Shown here in pieces: positions 1-9,783 of a stretch of 64,000 bases of DNA (positions are counted from its first letter, which is position 1; every line of letters starts with the position of its first letter). The stretch is taken from IMG/VR virus record IMGVR_UViG_3300027749_000038. One strand, 5' to 3'. This stretch comes from a virus. The position numbers were made by a program, and so were the translations under genes. The notes beneath the pieces are model-generated. The model was not told the DNA's origin. It did no database searches and saw nothing but the letters and a program-made list of their open reading frames with translations.

Positions 1-1
1 A

Positions 2-2083
2 GTACAAGTATCTACTGTATCTTCTATGTATTGTCCCAATCTTGTTGGAACTTATACTGTTTTTACTGGGGTTTCTACTATAACAACCGGAATGGATATC
101 ACCACCATGGCGGTTGTTTCTTCTAGTGGATTTGTTAACACATCAGCTAACAATATAAACCAGGCAGTTCCAATCATTACTGGATATGTTTCTGTGTTAT
201 CTTCTAAAATATTACCATATAGCCAAGCTACTAGTTTTACTGTACAAGAGCCAACATCAATTTTATTAAATGAAGGTGAGTATCACGACCTAGTTACAAA
301 TGACGTAACTTGGAGTGATGGATATTCTTCTGTTAACATTAACAACAAAGATTATTTAAAATATGGTGGTATTGTTGTTGTAAATTCTTCAAAAACAACT
401 ATTAATGACAAATATGAAGGTTATTATATTGGTTTAGCAGACAATTCAAATAATAACCCGGCCACCAATTTTGACGCCTTGACCGGTGCAAAAACAGTCA
501 CAAGTGGAGCTAGTGCAGTACAGACTTGGACCAATATACCAGCTTCCCGTTTAAGTTTCAAGTTATCCAGTACTTCTACAGAAGGTGGAACTAGTATTTC
601 TCAAGCTATTGAACAATTTCCCCTTTTGTCTGATTTTGGTTCACCAACTTATAATGACAGTTTGACCTTGATGTTGTTTAAAATAAGAACTTCCACTTAT
701 GGACAAGATACTATTAAATTGGATTACATAATTCAAGAAGGACATACTGGTTCTTTATATTCTGGAAGAACACAAAACAATCAAAAGGGAGGAGCTCCAG
801 TTTCTTTCTCCCTAGAAAAGATAACCAATCTAGAATCTTCAGACATTAAGATGATAGTCAATCCGTGGATTGCTAATAGTAATAATTGGTTAGATGGTTC
901 TGGCAATGTAGTAAAAACTGTCAGACTAAACCCAGAAGCTAAAAACATATACGCAGCTGGAACTTTTGTTCAGGGTCAAGACGCGGGACAAGAACTTGGT
1001 AATGTTCCGGACAAATTAAAAAGAGTGTTAAACCGATTAGATGATATGGATACAGAATTAGATCTTTTCGCTGAAGCAGGCCTTGGCACTATTTACGCGG
1101 GGGCAAGAAGCAGAGAAAGATATTACCGAACTATAACTTCGGGTTATAGTGGTTTATATTTTGATACAACCCAACCAGTTCCGGCAACAGAATTGACTGC
1201 CTTATTTAATCAAGATACAGCAACTTTTAGTAGTGACTTGAAAGATGATTATGTGTCAATTGTATCTCAGATGGCTACCTTTGCAGAAAAAACCCGCAAA
1301 GACCATATGTTTATTGCAGATCCGTTGCGTTACATTTTCTTAAATGGTCCAGATGGTCCAAATGTCAAAGCAACTAAAAAATCTGGTTATAATTTTTCTA
1401 CAGACATTTTTTGGGCTCTTAAAAATCTATACGGAAGCATTGTGACTAGCTATGGAGCAACCTATGGTAATTGGGCAAAAGTCTCTGGTACTGATTCTAA
1501 CAATTATGTATGGATTCCTATGTCTGGATTTGTAGCTGCGGATATTGCGTTGTCTTCTGCAACCAATTATCCTTGGAGTGCTCCGGCTGGATTTGCTAGA
1601 GGTACTTTAAGTGGTATAACAGATATTGCTATTAATCCTACACAAAAACATCGTGACTTGTTGTATAAAATTAATATCAATCCAGTAGCTTACTTCCCCG
1701 GAGATGGATATGTTATCTTTGGACAAAAGACCCTCTTCAATAAGCCATCTGCGTTTGATAGAATTAATGTGCGTAGATTGTTCTTGACTCTTGAAAAAGT
1801 GGTACAGAGACTTTTAAAATACTATGTATTTGAAGGTAATACCTACACAACCCGAGTACGTTTGGTAAATTCTTTGTTACCATTATTTAATCAGGCCAAG
1901 AATAGTGATGGCTTATATGACTTCCGTATTATTTGTGATGAGCGTAATAATACACCAGAAATTATTGATGACAATACTTTAAAAATTGCAATTTACATTC
2001 AACCAGTCCGTACAGCGGAATTTATATTAGCGGATTTCGTGGCTACACGTTCTGGTTCAGATTTCAATGAAATTACCTCTTAA
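2..2083 (+). CDS. gp18: Tail sheath protein (T4 gp18-like), 5'-truncated
   Basis: Frame is open to the window edge. C-terminal sheath motifs WSAPAGFARG, INPVAYFPGDG, GQKTL, AFDRINVRRLFL and IYIQPVRTAEFI. Confidence 0.95.
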   Translation, partial: VQVSTVSSMYCPNLVGTYTVFTGVSTITTGMDITTMAVVSSSGFVNTSANNINQAVPIITGYVSVLSSKILPYSQATSFTVQEPTSILLNEGEYHDLVTNDVTWSDGYSSVNINNKDYLKYGGIVVVNSSKTTINDKYEGYYIGLADNSNNNPATNFDALTGAKTVTSGASAVQTWTNIPASRLSFKLSSTSTEGGTSISQAIEQFPLLSDFGSPTYNDSLTLMLFKIRTSTYGQDTIKLDYIIQEGHTGSLYSGRTQNNQKGGAPVSFSLEKITNLESSDIKMIVNPWIANSNNWLDGSGNVVKTVRLNPEAKNIYAAGTFVQGQDAGQELGNVPDKLKRVLNRLDDMDTELDLFAEAGLGTIYAGARSRERYYRTITSGYSGLYFDTTQPVPATELTALFNQDTATFSSDLKDDYVSIVSQMATFAEKTRKDHMFIADPLRYIFLNGPDGPNVKATKKSGYNFSTDIFWALKNLYGSIVTSYGATYGNWAKVSGTDSNNYVWIPMSGFVAADIALSSATNYPWSAPAGFARGTLSGITDIAINPTQKHRDLLYKININPVAYFPGDGYVIFGQKTLFNKPSAFDRINVRRLFLTLEKVVQRLLKYYVFEGNTYTTRVRLVNSLLPLFNQAKNSDGLYDFRIICDERNNTPEIIDDNTLKIAIYIQPVRTAEFILADFVATRSGSDFNEITS

Positions 2084-2085
2084 TT

Positions 2086-2093
2086 GATAAGTA
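2086..2093 (+). promoter_or_regulatory. Putative late promoter GATAAGTA (gp19)
   Basis: Same motif precedes many structural genes; T4 late promoter is TATAAATA. Confidence 0.55.
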
Positions 2094-2105
2094 ATATTAT
2101 ATTTT

Positions 2106-2654
2106 ATGTCTAATATATTTTCAGGCCAAAGCATAACAGATTTCTACCAAAACGCCAGACAGAGAGACTTTGCTCGTAAAAATCTCTTTAGAATCCTTAG
2201 TATTGAAGGGGGTAGAGCTGGTGGTGGTATAGTATTTGATCAATCTGATTTGGTTTATGTCACAACAACTTCCTTACCCAAAAGAAGTATCAATGTCGTA
2301 AATGTCGCCTATATGGGTATGAAGTTTAATGTACCCGGAACTGCTCAGTACCCAGGTAGTGAAGCATGGACCGTTAAATTTAGAATGCCACAAGATTTGA
2401 CTATTCGTAGAAAATTAGAAGCATGGACCCGTTTTACTTTTGATGATGCCACCACAAAAGGAGCCTATAGTATGGGAGATTTGGGAACTGTTACATTGGC
2501 TCTTATGGACAAAAAAGGTACACCCTCTCTTGTATATCGTTTAGTAGGAGCTTTCTGTGTAAATCTTGGAGAGTATGCTTTGGACGCTACAGATGCTGGT
2601 ACGATTGTTGAACAAGACGCAGTATTAGCTTATCAATATTGGGAGTACGTTTAA
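2106..2654 (+). CDS. gp19: Tail tube protein (gp19-like)
   Basis: 182 aa directly after the sheath; ARKNLFR, LP..S...V.V.YMG, W.V.F and terminal AYQYWE tube-fold pattern. Confidence 0.9.
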   Translation: MSNIFSGQSITDFYQNARQRDFARKNLFRILSIEGGRAGGGIVFDQSDLVYVTTTSLPKRSINVVNVAYMGMKFNVPGTAQYPGSEAWTVKFRMPQDLTIRRKLEAWTRFTFDDATTKGAYSMGDLGTVTLALMDKKGTPSLVYRLVGAFCVNLGEYALDATDAGTIVEQDAVLAYQYWEYV

Positions 2655-2664
2655 TTGTTTATAC

Positions 2665-2672
2665 ACTAAGTA
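2665..2672 (+). promoter_or_regulatory. Putative late promoter ACTAAGTA
   Basis: 6 nt before ATG 2679. Confidence 0.55.
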
Positions 2673-2678
2673 TAAACA

Positions 2679-3380
2679 ATGGCATCTCCGAGTCCTTTCC
2701 AATATTATCTTAAAAATGTATTCAGTGAGGCTGGATTCATGCCCTCTCTGGGTAGTCTGTGGCAAGTGGAATTTCATACATTGAATGAAGTTACTGCTTT
2801 AAAAAGTTCTGCTAGTTATCTTAATGCATTAGAAAATTGGCAAACTCAATCCTCAGATGTGTTGTCTACCATTTTAGAAAGACAGGAAACATTAAATTCT
2901 GGAAACTATGTTGGATGTGTTTTTGCTAGAAGTGTTAATATACCTGGAGAAAAAATAACAGCATCAAGAGGACCGTTAAAATATGGAGGTTATATGGCTC
3001 CTGCAGTTATAGATAATAGATCTGGTTATGAGCCAGTTAATATAAAATTTCTAGAAACAAATTTTTCCTTTATAGATAATGTTATCAGACCTTGGAGTAT
3101 AATGACTGGTTATTATGGAATGTTAACCAGAGATCCAGAACTTGGTGGCAAAGACTATAATGTTAAATGTCCTACTATGATAGTTACTCAATTCATGTTA
3201 GGAGGATCTGAAAGGTCTATGATCAGACGTAAGGAAGTTACATTCTGGAATGTAGCTCCTATTTCAGTTGGAACCACTAATTTAGTGCAAGCTGGTGAAT
3301 CTCTTCTAGAGACAGAAGCTTCTTTTGTTTATGAAAAATATGAAGTAAAGTCTTTTGCTGACAGAGTTGTCATGAAGTAA
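2679..3380 (+). CDS. Tail-tube-fold paralog (gp54-like tube initiator)
   Basis: SVNIPG, VNIKFLET, WSIM and VAPISVG..F.YEKY resemble gp19/gp54; follows gp19. Confidence 0.6.
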   Translation: MASPSPFQYYLKNVFSEAGFMPSLGSLWQVEFHTLNEVTALKSSASYLNALENWQTQSSDVLSTILERQETLNSGNYVGCVFARSVNIPGEKITASRGPLKYGGYMAPAVIDNRSGYEPVNIKFLETNFSFIDNVIRPWSIMTGYYGMLTRDPELGGKDYNVKCPTMIVTQFMLGGSERSMIRRKEVTFWNVAPISVGTTNLVQAGESLLETEASFVYEKYEVKSFADRVVMK

Positions 3381-3404
3381 TGTTGTTTAACCTCCTAAAG
3401 TTTA

Positions 3405-4361
3405 ATGTTTATCGATTATTATCTCTATAGTGTTGAAATGCCCATTTCTGGGTTGGTGATAAACTATCGAGAATTGTCCAGTAAAGAACAATTAATATTA
3501 TCTAAAGCAAATATTCTATTGCCGTTAGATAAAGAAAATGTAGAAAACTATTCTAGACATTTAAAAAAAATTCTAGAAAATTGTGTAGAAAATAAATTAG
3601 ATTTTAACAAATTAAATATAATAGAGTATTTGTTATTTGCTATTAAACTACGCACTACTTCTTTAGGAGAAGTATTAATACTTCAAACCCAAGAAGAAAT
3701 AGATGAAGAGGTGGTTACTGTAAAGTTTAATATAGAATTGCCCAAATTAATATATAGCATTTTTTCCAAATGCAGGGATCTTTTTTCTCAAAAATATATA
3801 TTAGAAGATAATATAAATGTACATTTAGATTGGCCTAATCATAATGATGAAATTAATTTTTATAAATTACAAAATTTACAAGAATTTGAATTGTTAAGAG
3901 ATAGTACCGTTTTATTCATCAATCATATAGATTTATATGGTAAAATTATATCATTTTCAGATTTTTCATTGAAGCAGAAGATGGAATTATTTGATAGATT
4001 ACCAGCTAAAATACGATTAAAAATTCAATCAGAAGTATTGAATAATATTAAAAAATTCTCAGAATTAGATTTTATAGAAAGTTCTAAAAAAGAATATTTA
4101 AAAATAAATTTTTACAATTGGAGCTTTCAAAACTTTTTAAGGTTAATGTTCTCTGATAACCTCAAGAATATCTATCAACAATACTATCTCCTAGCTAGTA
4201 AGAAGATTTCTCTAGACTATGTAGATAATTTGACTGTAGCAGAGCGGAACGTTTATTTTTCTTTTATAGAAGAAGAATATGAATCAAGAAAACAATCTCA
4301 AAATTCAGAGGGTGGTGAATTTTCTTCATTCAATAATGGACTAGAAGAAATGGAGGAGTAA
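3405..4361 (+). CDS. Baseplate hub assembly protein, gp26-like with gp51-like C-terminus
   Basis: N-terminal MPISG..INYRELSSKEQLIL and IEYLLFAIKLRTTSLGE are gp26-like. C-terminal YQQYYLL..SLDYVDNLTVAERNVY is gp51-like. Confidence 0.6.
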   Translation: MFIDYYLYSVEMPISGLVINYRELSSKEQLILSKANILLPLDKENVENYSRHLKKILENCVENKLDFNKLNIIEYLLFAIKLRTTSLGEVLILQTQEEIDEEVVTVKFNIELPKLIYSIFSKCRDLFSQKYILEDNINVHLDWPNHNDEINFYKLQNLQEFELLRDSTVLFINHIDLYGKIISFSDFSLKQKMELFDRLPAKIRLKIQSEVLNNIKKFSELDFIESSKKEYLKINFYNWSFQNFLRLMFSDNLKNIYQQYYLLASKKISLDYVDNLTVAERNVYFSFIEEEYESRKQSQNSEGGEFSSFNNGLEEMEE

Positions 4362-4373
4362 ATAGTTTTATTT

Positions 4374-5183
4374 ATGACCAAAGAAAACACTTCTATTAAT
4401 TTTGATCAGGCTCTGGATCTATTATCCACTTATACCAAGGAAATTTTTATTAATAATGTATGGGTGCCTTCAATTAGAGAATACATATCTGTAAACGAAC
4501 TTACCTCTAAGCAGCAAAAAAATTTATTATCAGCAGCTATAGATTCTAATGCAGAAGGATATAAGCCATTTTTTACCAAAATTTTTTATCAAATTTTGTT
4601 AGAAAATTGTCAAACTACCAAAGAAGTTGTAGATAATTTTACCTATTATGACAGACTTGCCATAGCAATTGCTATGCGAAAACACATATCCAAAGAATTA
4701 AATGTAGAATTTTCTGCTGATAAAAGTGAAGTAGTAGATCTCTCAGATTTAGTAGAAAATCTTAAAAACTTTAAACACCCCTCTTCAACTACTTTAAAAA
4801 TAGAAAAAAATGGAGTGAGTATTTTAATACAAGTAGAAGTTCCTACGATTAAAAAAGAAGTAGAATATTTTGACAATATTCCATCTTTAAAGAAAGAATC
4901 TACATCGGAAATTTTGAAACAAGCTATTTCAGAAGCTTATGTTGCAGAGGTTTCCAAGTATATAAAAGAAATTGAAATTCAAGGAGTAAATCTTTCTTTT
5001 AATGATTTAAAAACAAAACAAAAAATTCTTGTTTTAGAAAAATTGCCTTCTACTATTTTACAGACCGTTCTTAAAGAAATATCTGCTTGGAAGGAAGATC
5101 TTAATGAATTTTTCACCGTAGAGTCAACCTCGGGAGACAGGAAGTTAATTGATATAGATACTACTTTATTCTTATCTGCTTAA
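4374..5183 (+). CDS. Baseplate hub subunit, gp26-like paralog
   Basis: WVPS..ISVNELTSKQQKNLL and YYDRLAIAIAMR gp26-type pattern; baseplate context. Confidence 0.55.
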   Translation: MTKENTSINFDQALDLLSTYTKEIFINNVWVPSIREYISVNELTSKQQKNLLSAAIDSNAEGYKPFFTKIFYQILLENCQTTKEVVDNFTYYDRLAIAIAMRKHISKELNVEFSADKSEVVDLSDLVENLKNFKHPSSTTLKIEKNGVSILIQVEVPTIKKEVEYFDNIPSLKKESTSEILKQAISEAYVAEVSKYIKEIEIQGVNLSFNDLKTKQKILVLEKLPSTILQTVLKEISAWKEDLNEFFTVESTSGDRKLIDIDTTLFLSA

Positions 5184-5195
5184 TTTCAATTAGAG

Positions 5196-5203
5196 CCTAA
5201 GTA
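5196..5203 (+). promoter_or_regulatory. Putative late promoter CCTAAGTA
   Basis: 6 nt before ATG 5210. Confidence 0.55.
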
Positions 5204-5209
5204 TTTAAC

Positions 5210-7171
5210 ATGAGTAGTTGGGCAGAAGATATAGGATTGACAAATGAAGATGTCAAAAAGCTTGTTAAAAACCTAAACGAAGCTTTCTCTCCATCTGCCC
5301 GGACATCTAAATCAGATAATTCTTCCTCAGAAAAAGAGCCAGAAAAAAAAGCTGAGGATGATAGTACAACAGAATTACTTCAAACTCTTACAACATTAAA
5401 TACAGAAATAGTCAAACAATATACTTATTCGGTTCAAAGAGACCCAATAATGGCTACTTTTTTGACTAATAGTTTTAATGTTTTGGGAGAATCACTAGGC
5501 AGCATGGCTGATAATATTTCTTCTTTGCTTTCTGTATCTATACAAGAAAATGAAAAAAATGTTAAAAGATTTAATGATCAATTTATAGCTTTTTTACATA
5601 TAGATGAAAGTTTAAAAAATCTTGTAGATCATTTTAAAGTAGATGATGAAATTAGAAAAAATAATTTCAATAATAGAGAGGCTTGGTTTGGTAATGAAAA
5701 GGAAAGTGGCTCTTCAACTCCTACTTTGCCGGTTGCCGATTCTTCCTTGTCTTTGTTCACAGTTTTACAAGACCTTAAAAAATCTTTAGAAGATTTGACA
5801 AAACCCGCTATAAAAGACACAGTCCAGGAAGAAGATAAATCTGTAAATTGGAAAGAAATTAGAGAAATCCTTAAAAATGGCTATACTGATTTAGGTTCAG
5901 TTTGGGATACTGGTTTAGTTAAATTGGGAGGTTTGTTAGGAGGTTGGTTCACCAATCTGCAAATTGTTAAAGATGCTAAAGGCTTGGGATCTTATCTTTT
6001 AGATGCCTTGTTAATATCCGGGGGTATAGCTACTATAGCCACTTTGTTTGGCGGCAGCATAATGAAACAAATAGGAGTATTAGACGGAGCCATGGGAACC
6101 AATATATCTGGTGCTATTAATGATTTGTTAGCTCCTTTAAAAAAGTATAGTGGATGGATACAAACTTTGTTTAAACAAACTGTTATTTTTAAATCAAATC
6201 TAATTAGTTTGCCTGGAAAATTGGCTAGTTTAACTAAAGCAATACTCAACCCATTTACCGCTATAAAAAAATTTGCAGCTGGAATTGCTAGTATTGTAAC
6301 TGGATCTATAAATTTGTTTAAGGGGGGTTCTGAAGCTTTGAAAGCTGCTGGAACTGCTTTAACTGCCGGTATACCGACATTTACTGGAACGGTAAATGCT
6401 GCTAGTGGTGTGATTGGTAAGGTAGTTGGATTTTTGCCTAAATTAGTTACTTTCTTAAAAGGAGTTCCTCTTATGGGAACTTTGATTTCTGTAGGTTTTG
6501 GAGTCAAAAAATTAATGGATGGAGATACTAGAGGAGGAATTTTAAGTTTGGCTTCGGGATTAGTTTCTTTAATACCATTTGCTGGATGGGCTTTGTCTTT
6601 TATGATAGATGCCTATGATGCTCAATTGACAGAAGAAAATGGTGGAGATATTACGGCTAAAAATAACGGATACGGTTTTGGTAAATTTATAGATGATATA
6701 TATCAAGCCCTTAAAAGAGGGGTAGCTTGGATAATAAGAAAAACATTTGGATTGTTGGGATTAGATAAATATACTCCAGACTGGGCTAAAGAAGTGGAAG
6801 GTAAAAGTGTTATAAATCCACAAGTGGCTAAAGACTCGAACCCTAAAAATATACCGTCTTCAGCAGAAGTAACTAATGTATCAACCCCACCAGTGGCGTC
6901 TACCGGAGTAACCAAACCAATTAGTTCTGGTCAAATGTATCAAATGTCCGGAGGCAATGCAGACATCATGAGTTCTTTATCTTCAGATCTCAAAACTATG
7001 GTTGGGTCTTTTAAAGACGGTTTTGCAAAAATGCAACAAATGTCTTTGGGCGGAGTTGTAAATCAAAGTGTGGTTAACAATGGAGGAAATTCTGGACCAA
7101 TTCCCGTTTCTTCTCAACACCATACCCTAGGAAATTATAGAACTGAAGTATCTAGAATAAATCAACGGTAA
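5210..7171 (+). CDS. Tape-measure-like protein (gp29-like)
   Basis: 653 aa with a helical N-terminus and Gly/Ala-rich hydrophobic segments (GVPLMGTLISVGFG, LVSLIPFAGWALS); lies between the gp26-like and gp48-like genes. Confidence 0.55.
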   Translation: MSSWAEDIGLTNEDVKKLVKNLNEAFSPSARTSKSDNSSSEKEPEKKAEDDSTTELLQTLTTLNTEIVKQYTYSVQRDPIMATFLTNSFNVLGESLGSMADNISSLLSVSIQENEKNVKRFNDQFIAFLHIDESLKNLVDHFKVDDEIRKNNFNNREAWFGNEKESGSSTPTLPVADSSLSLFTVLQDLKKSLEDLTKPAIKDTVQEEDKSVNWKEIREILKNGYTDLGSVWDTGLVKLGGLLGGWFTNLQIVKDAKGLGSYLLDALLISGGIATIATLFGGSIMKQIGVLDGAMGTNISGAINDLLAPLKKYSGWIQTLFKQTVIFKSNLISLPGKLASLTKAILNPFTAIKKFAAGIASIVTGSINLFKGGSEALKAAGTALTAGIPTFTGTVNAASGVIGKVVGFLPKLVTFLKGVPLMGTLISVGFGVKKLMDGDTRGGILSLASGLVSLIPFAGWALSFMIDAYDAQLTEENGGDITAKNNGYGFGKFIDDIYQALKRGVAWIIRKTFGLLGLDKYTPDWAKEVEGKSVINPQVAKDSNPKNIPSSAEVTNVSTPPVASTGVTKPISSGQMYQMSGGNADIMSSLSSDLKTMVGSFKDGFAKMQQMSLGGVVNQSVVNNGGNSGPIPVSSQHHTLGNYRTEVSRINQR

Positions 7172-7174
7172 ATT

Positions 7175-9415
7175 ATGAATTCAAAAGATTTTACATATTT
7201 TAAACTTGAAGATGAAACCTATACTTTTTTAGGCAAATCTTTTAAGGCTCCTAAAGCTTATCCTCGAAATGGTAACGTTGATATGTTTACTAACGGTGCT
7301 TGGAAAAATTCTGGAAAAAATATAAATGAAGTTCCAGATATAAATTTAGAGGAATATGAATTATCTTTTGGGTTGTGGATGACTCATTTATCTAGGCTCT
7401 ATAATACAGTTAACAGTTTTGCATCAGATATAACCACTCCTTATCAGCTTCTATATCAAGGTAATCATACCGGATTTACTTATAAATTACCATATTTAAT
7501 AAATCAAGGAACTATAAAAGGACCGATACAAAACACTTGGGGCGGTGATGAGACTGGTATAGGAGAATCTTTTGCTGGGAGTTTTGGTAAAAACCTTGAT
7601 CGGTCTTTAGGGGATATCGGTAAGTTTTTTGCAGAAGGTGTATCTTATGGAGGAGCTGGAGAAAAGGTCAGAAGATATAATAGTGCCGATAGTGTTAAAT
7701 CCATTACTATAAAGTTTCCGTTATATAATACAATAGATAAAGACAAGACTCTTCGCAATTTTGAATTTGTAACTTTGTTTGCTTTTCAGAATATGAAAAC
7801 TCGTACTTCTTGGATGACTTATTTGCCTCCTAAAATATATAAAGTAAACACAAAAAGTTTTGGGGGTATAAATATGCCGGCAGCTTTTGTAAAGTCTTTT
7901 GATGCCACTGCTGTAGGAACTGTGAGGAAAATACGTTATAAAGGTTTTGAAGACATATTAATTCCGGAAGCATATGAAGTATCTATAACCATGGAGGAAT
8001 TATTATCGGAAAGTAGCAACATATTTGCAGCAACTATGGGAGGAGATCCGGTAGTTGTTATTGGCAATATCACTAATACTCCTAGAAACAATATTAATAT
8101 TAATTATGATTCGTCTATTACTCCAACCGGACTAGCACCTATACCGTCTGCCGATTTGGCATATTTGAAAAAACAGAAAGAAATAGCTGAAGCCAATTTA
8201 ACCAATTTAAAAAATCAAATAGGTCCCGGAATAACTCCGGTAATTGGCGACAATCCCGATAATGTCATTAAAGTTAATGTTGGTAATGTACCAACCAGAG
8301 AAAATTTAGAACAAGCAATAAAAGCCCAGACTGAAACAATTAAATTTATACAAACTCAAATAGATCAAGTTCCTCCGACTATTGGTATACAAACTGCTGA
8401 TGGAAGGGTGTTTGCTTTTGGAGATTTACGATCAGGTGAAGTTAATGGTTTAATTAATTCTAAATCTCCAGTTAGTTTAGATACTGGAACCGGTCAAGAG
8501 GCTCCGAACACCTTCTTAGCCAATCCAAAAGCAGTCGCTGGTACACTAGAATTGCCGCAGTCTTTTTTGACATCTGCCTTGAAACTCTCCGATAACCCTG
8601 CAACTCAACAACAAGGGTCTGAAATTTTATCAGGAACTTCTCGATTTGGAGGAGGAATTAAATTCACAAATGAAGAAGATCCAACTTTAAGTAATTTACA
8701 AAATGAAACCAAGCCCAATTTTCTAGAGAATCAATATACAACTCAACAAGCTGAGATAATTTCTGCAGCACGAGCACAGAAAATTTCTGCAGCTCAAGAT
8801 GAAATAATTTCTGCTGCACAGGAAACATATAATGGGTTTTTAAAAGCTAGGGAAACTGTAGCAGCTCAGAGGGCTGCGGCGATTGTAGCAGCCCCACCAG
8901 CTGAGATACCAAATGTAGCAAAAGTATTTGAAGGGGCATTAGTTAACGCAGATAACCAGTTAGTAGAGGCTCGACAACAATTAAAAAAATCAATAGAAAA
9001 TTCCAAAGACCTTAAACTAATAGAACCAGTAGACCCAGTATACCCAGTTACTCAAACTCTTCAAAAACATTTAGACTCTCTTTCAATTCTTCCTCCAATA
9101 GGACAAACTTCTTACCAACCCGGAATAGATACATTAGATGGTTCAAAAACATTTAAAGTTCCTGAACAAAATTTTTCTAGTTATCTACAATTAGCAAGAT
9201 TTAATATTGGAGTGACCACAAAAATTAATGACATATTAGCAACACCAGTGAGTGTTGAGGATGTCGAAGCTAAAATAGTTTCACCTACTTTACCAAGCTT
9301 GAGTCCTCTGAAGACCATACCTCCAGTTAAAGCGATGCAACAAGCTTTGGATAATTTGAGCAAACCAGATGTTATTCCCTCAATAGTTCCAGTGGTCAGT
9401 GACTCCAAAAAATAG
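7175..9415 (+). CDS. Baseplate tail-tube cap gp48-like N-terminal domain plus long C-terminal extension
   Basis: First ~300 aa have ITIKFPLYN, YLPPKIYKV and IPEAYEVSITMEELL (tube fold). The remaining ~440 aa are unrecognised. Confidence 0.5.
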   Translation: MNSKDFTYFKLEDETYTFLGKSFKAPKAYPRNGNVDMFTNGAWKNSGKNINEVPDINLEEYELSFGLWMTHLSRLYNTVNSFASDITTPYQLLYQGNHTGFTYKLPYLINQGTIKGPIQNTWGGDETGIGESFAGSFGKNLDRSLGDIGKFFAEGVSYGGAGEKVRRYNSADSVKSITIKFPLYNTIDKDKTLRNFEFVTLFAFQNMKTRTSWMTYLPPKIYKVNTKSFGGINMPAAFVKSFDATAVGTVRKIRYKGFEDILIPEAYEVSITMEELLSESSNIFAATMGGDPVVVIGNITNTPRNNININYDSSITPTGLAPIPSADLAYLKKQKEIAEANLTNLKNQIGPGITPVIGDNPDNVIKVNVGNVPTRENLEQAIKAQTETIKFIQTQIDQVPPTIGIQTADGRVFAFGDLRSGEVNGLINSKSPVSLDTGTGQEAPNTFLANPKAVAGTLELPQSFLTSALKLSDNPATQQQGSEILSGTSRFGGGIKFTNEEDPTLSNLQNETKPNFLENQYTTQQAEIISAARAQKISAAQDEIISAAQETYNGFLKARETVAAQRAAAIVAAPPAEIPNVAKVFEGALVNADNQLVEARQQLKKSIENSKDLKLIEPVDPVYPVTQTLQKHLDSLSILPPIGQTSYQPGIDTLDGSKTFKVPEQNFSSYLQLARFNIGVTTKINDILATPVSVEDVEAKIVSPTLPSLSPLKTIPPVKAMQQALDNLSKPDVIPSIVPVVSDSKK
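8753..8818 (+). repeat. Three imperfect copies of an 18-nt motif at 24-nt period (E/Q-I/K-I-S-A-A)
   Basis: gagataatttctgcagca (8753), cagaaaatttctgcagct (8777), gaaataatttctgctgca (8801). Confidence 0.8.
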
Positions 9416-9422
9416 GTAAATT

Positions 9423-9782
9423 ATGAACCAGAATCAAATAGATAATATTCCCAAACTTTCTTTTTATAGATATGAGAATTTTTTTAATGTCTATCAAGAT
9501 GAAAGAACCCAAGAATTGTTTTATAATGTATTGCGTTCTATAAACATATTTCAAACAGACAATTCTGGGATTCAATCCACTTATAACATATCTCCAGGAG
9601 ATACGTGGCAATATATTTCTTATAAATTTTACAAAACTTTAGATCTGTGGTGGTTGGTTTGTACCTATAATCAAATAATGGATCCCACACAATTGCCAGA
9701 GGCGGGTACTAGTATTAAATTGTTAAATCCAGAATATGTGGGGTATGTTTTGCAAGAACTGTGGTCTCAAGTAAATAGGTAA
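9423..9782 (+). CDS. gp53: Baseplate wedge protein gp53-like (LysM-type)
   Basis: YNISPGDTWQYISYKFYKTLDLWWLVCTYNQIMDP LysM/gp53 signature. Confidence 0.85.
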   Translation: MNQNQIDNIPKLSFYRYENFFNVYQDERTQELFYNVLRSINIFQTDNSGIQSTYNISPGDTWQYISYKFYKTLDLWWLVCTYNQIMDPTQLPEAGTSIKLLNPEYVGYVLQELWSQVNR

Positions 9783-9783
9783 T

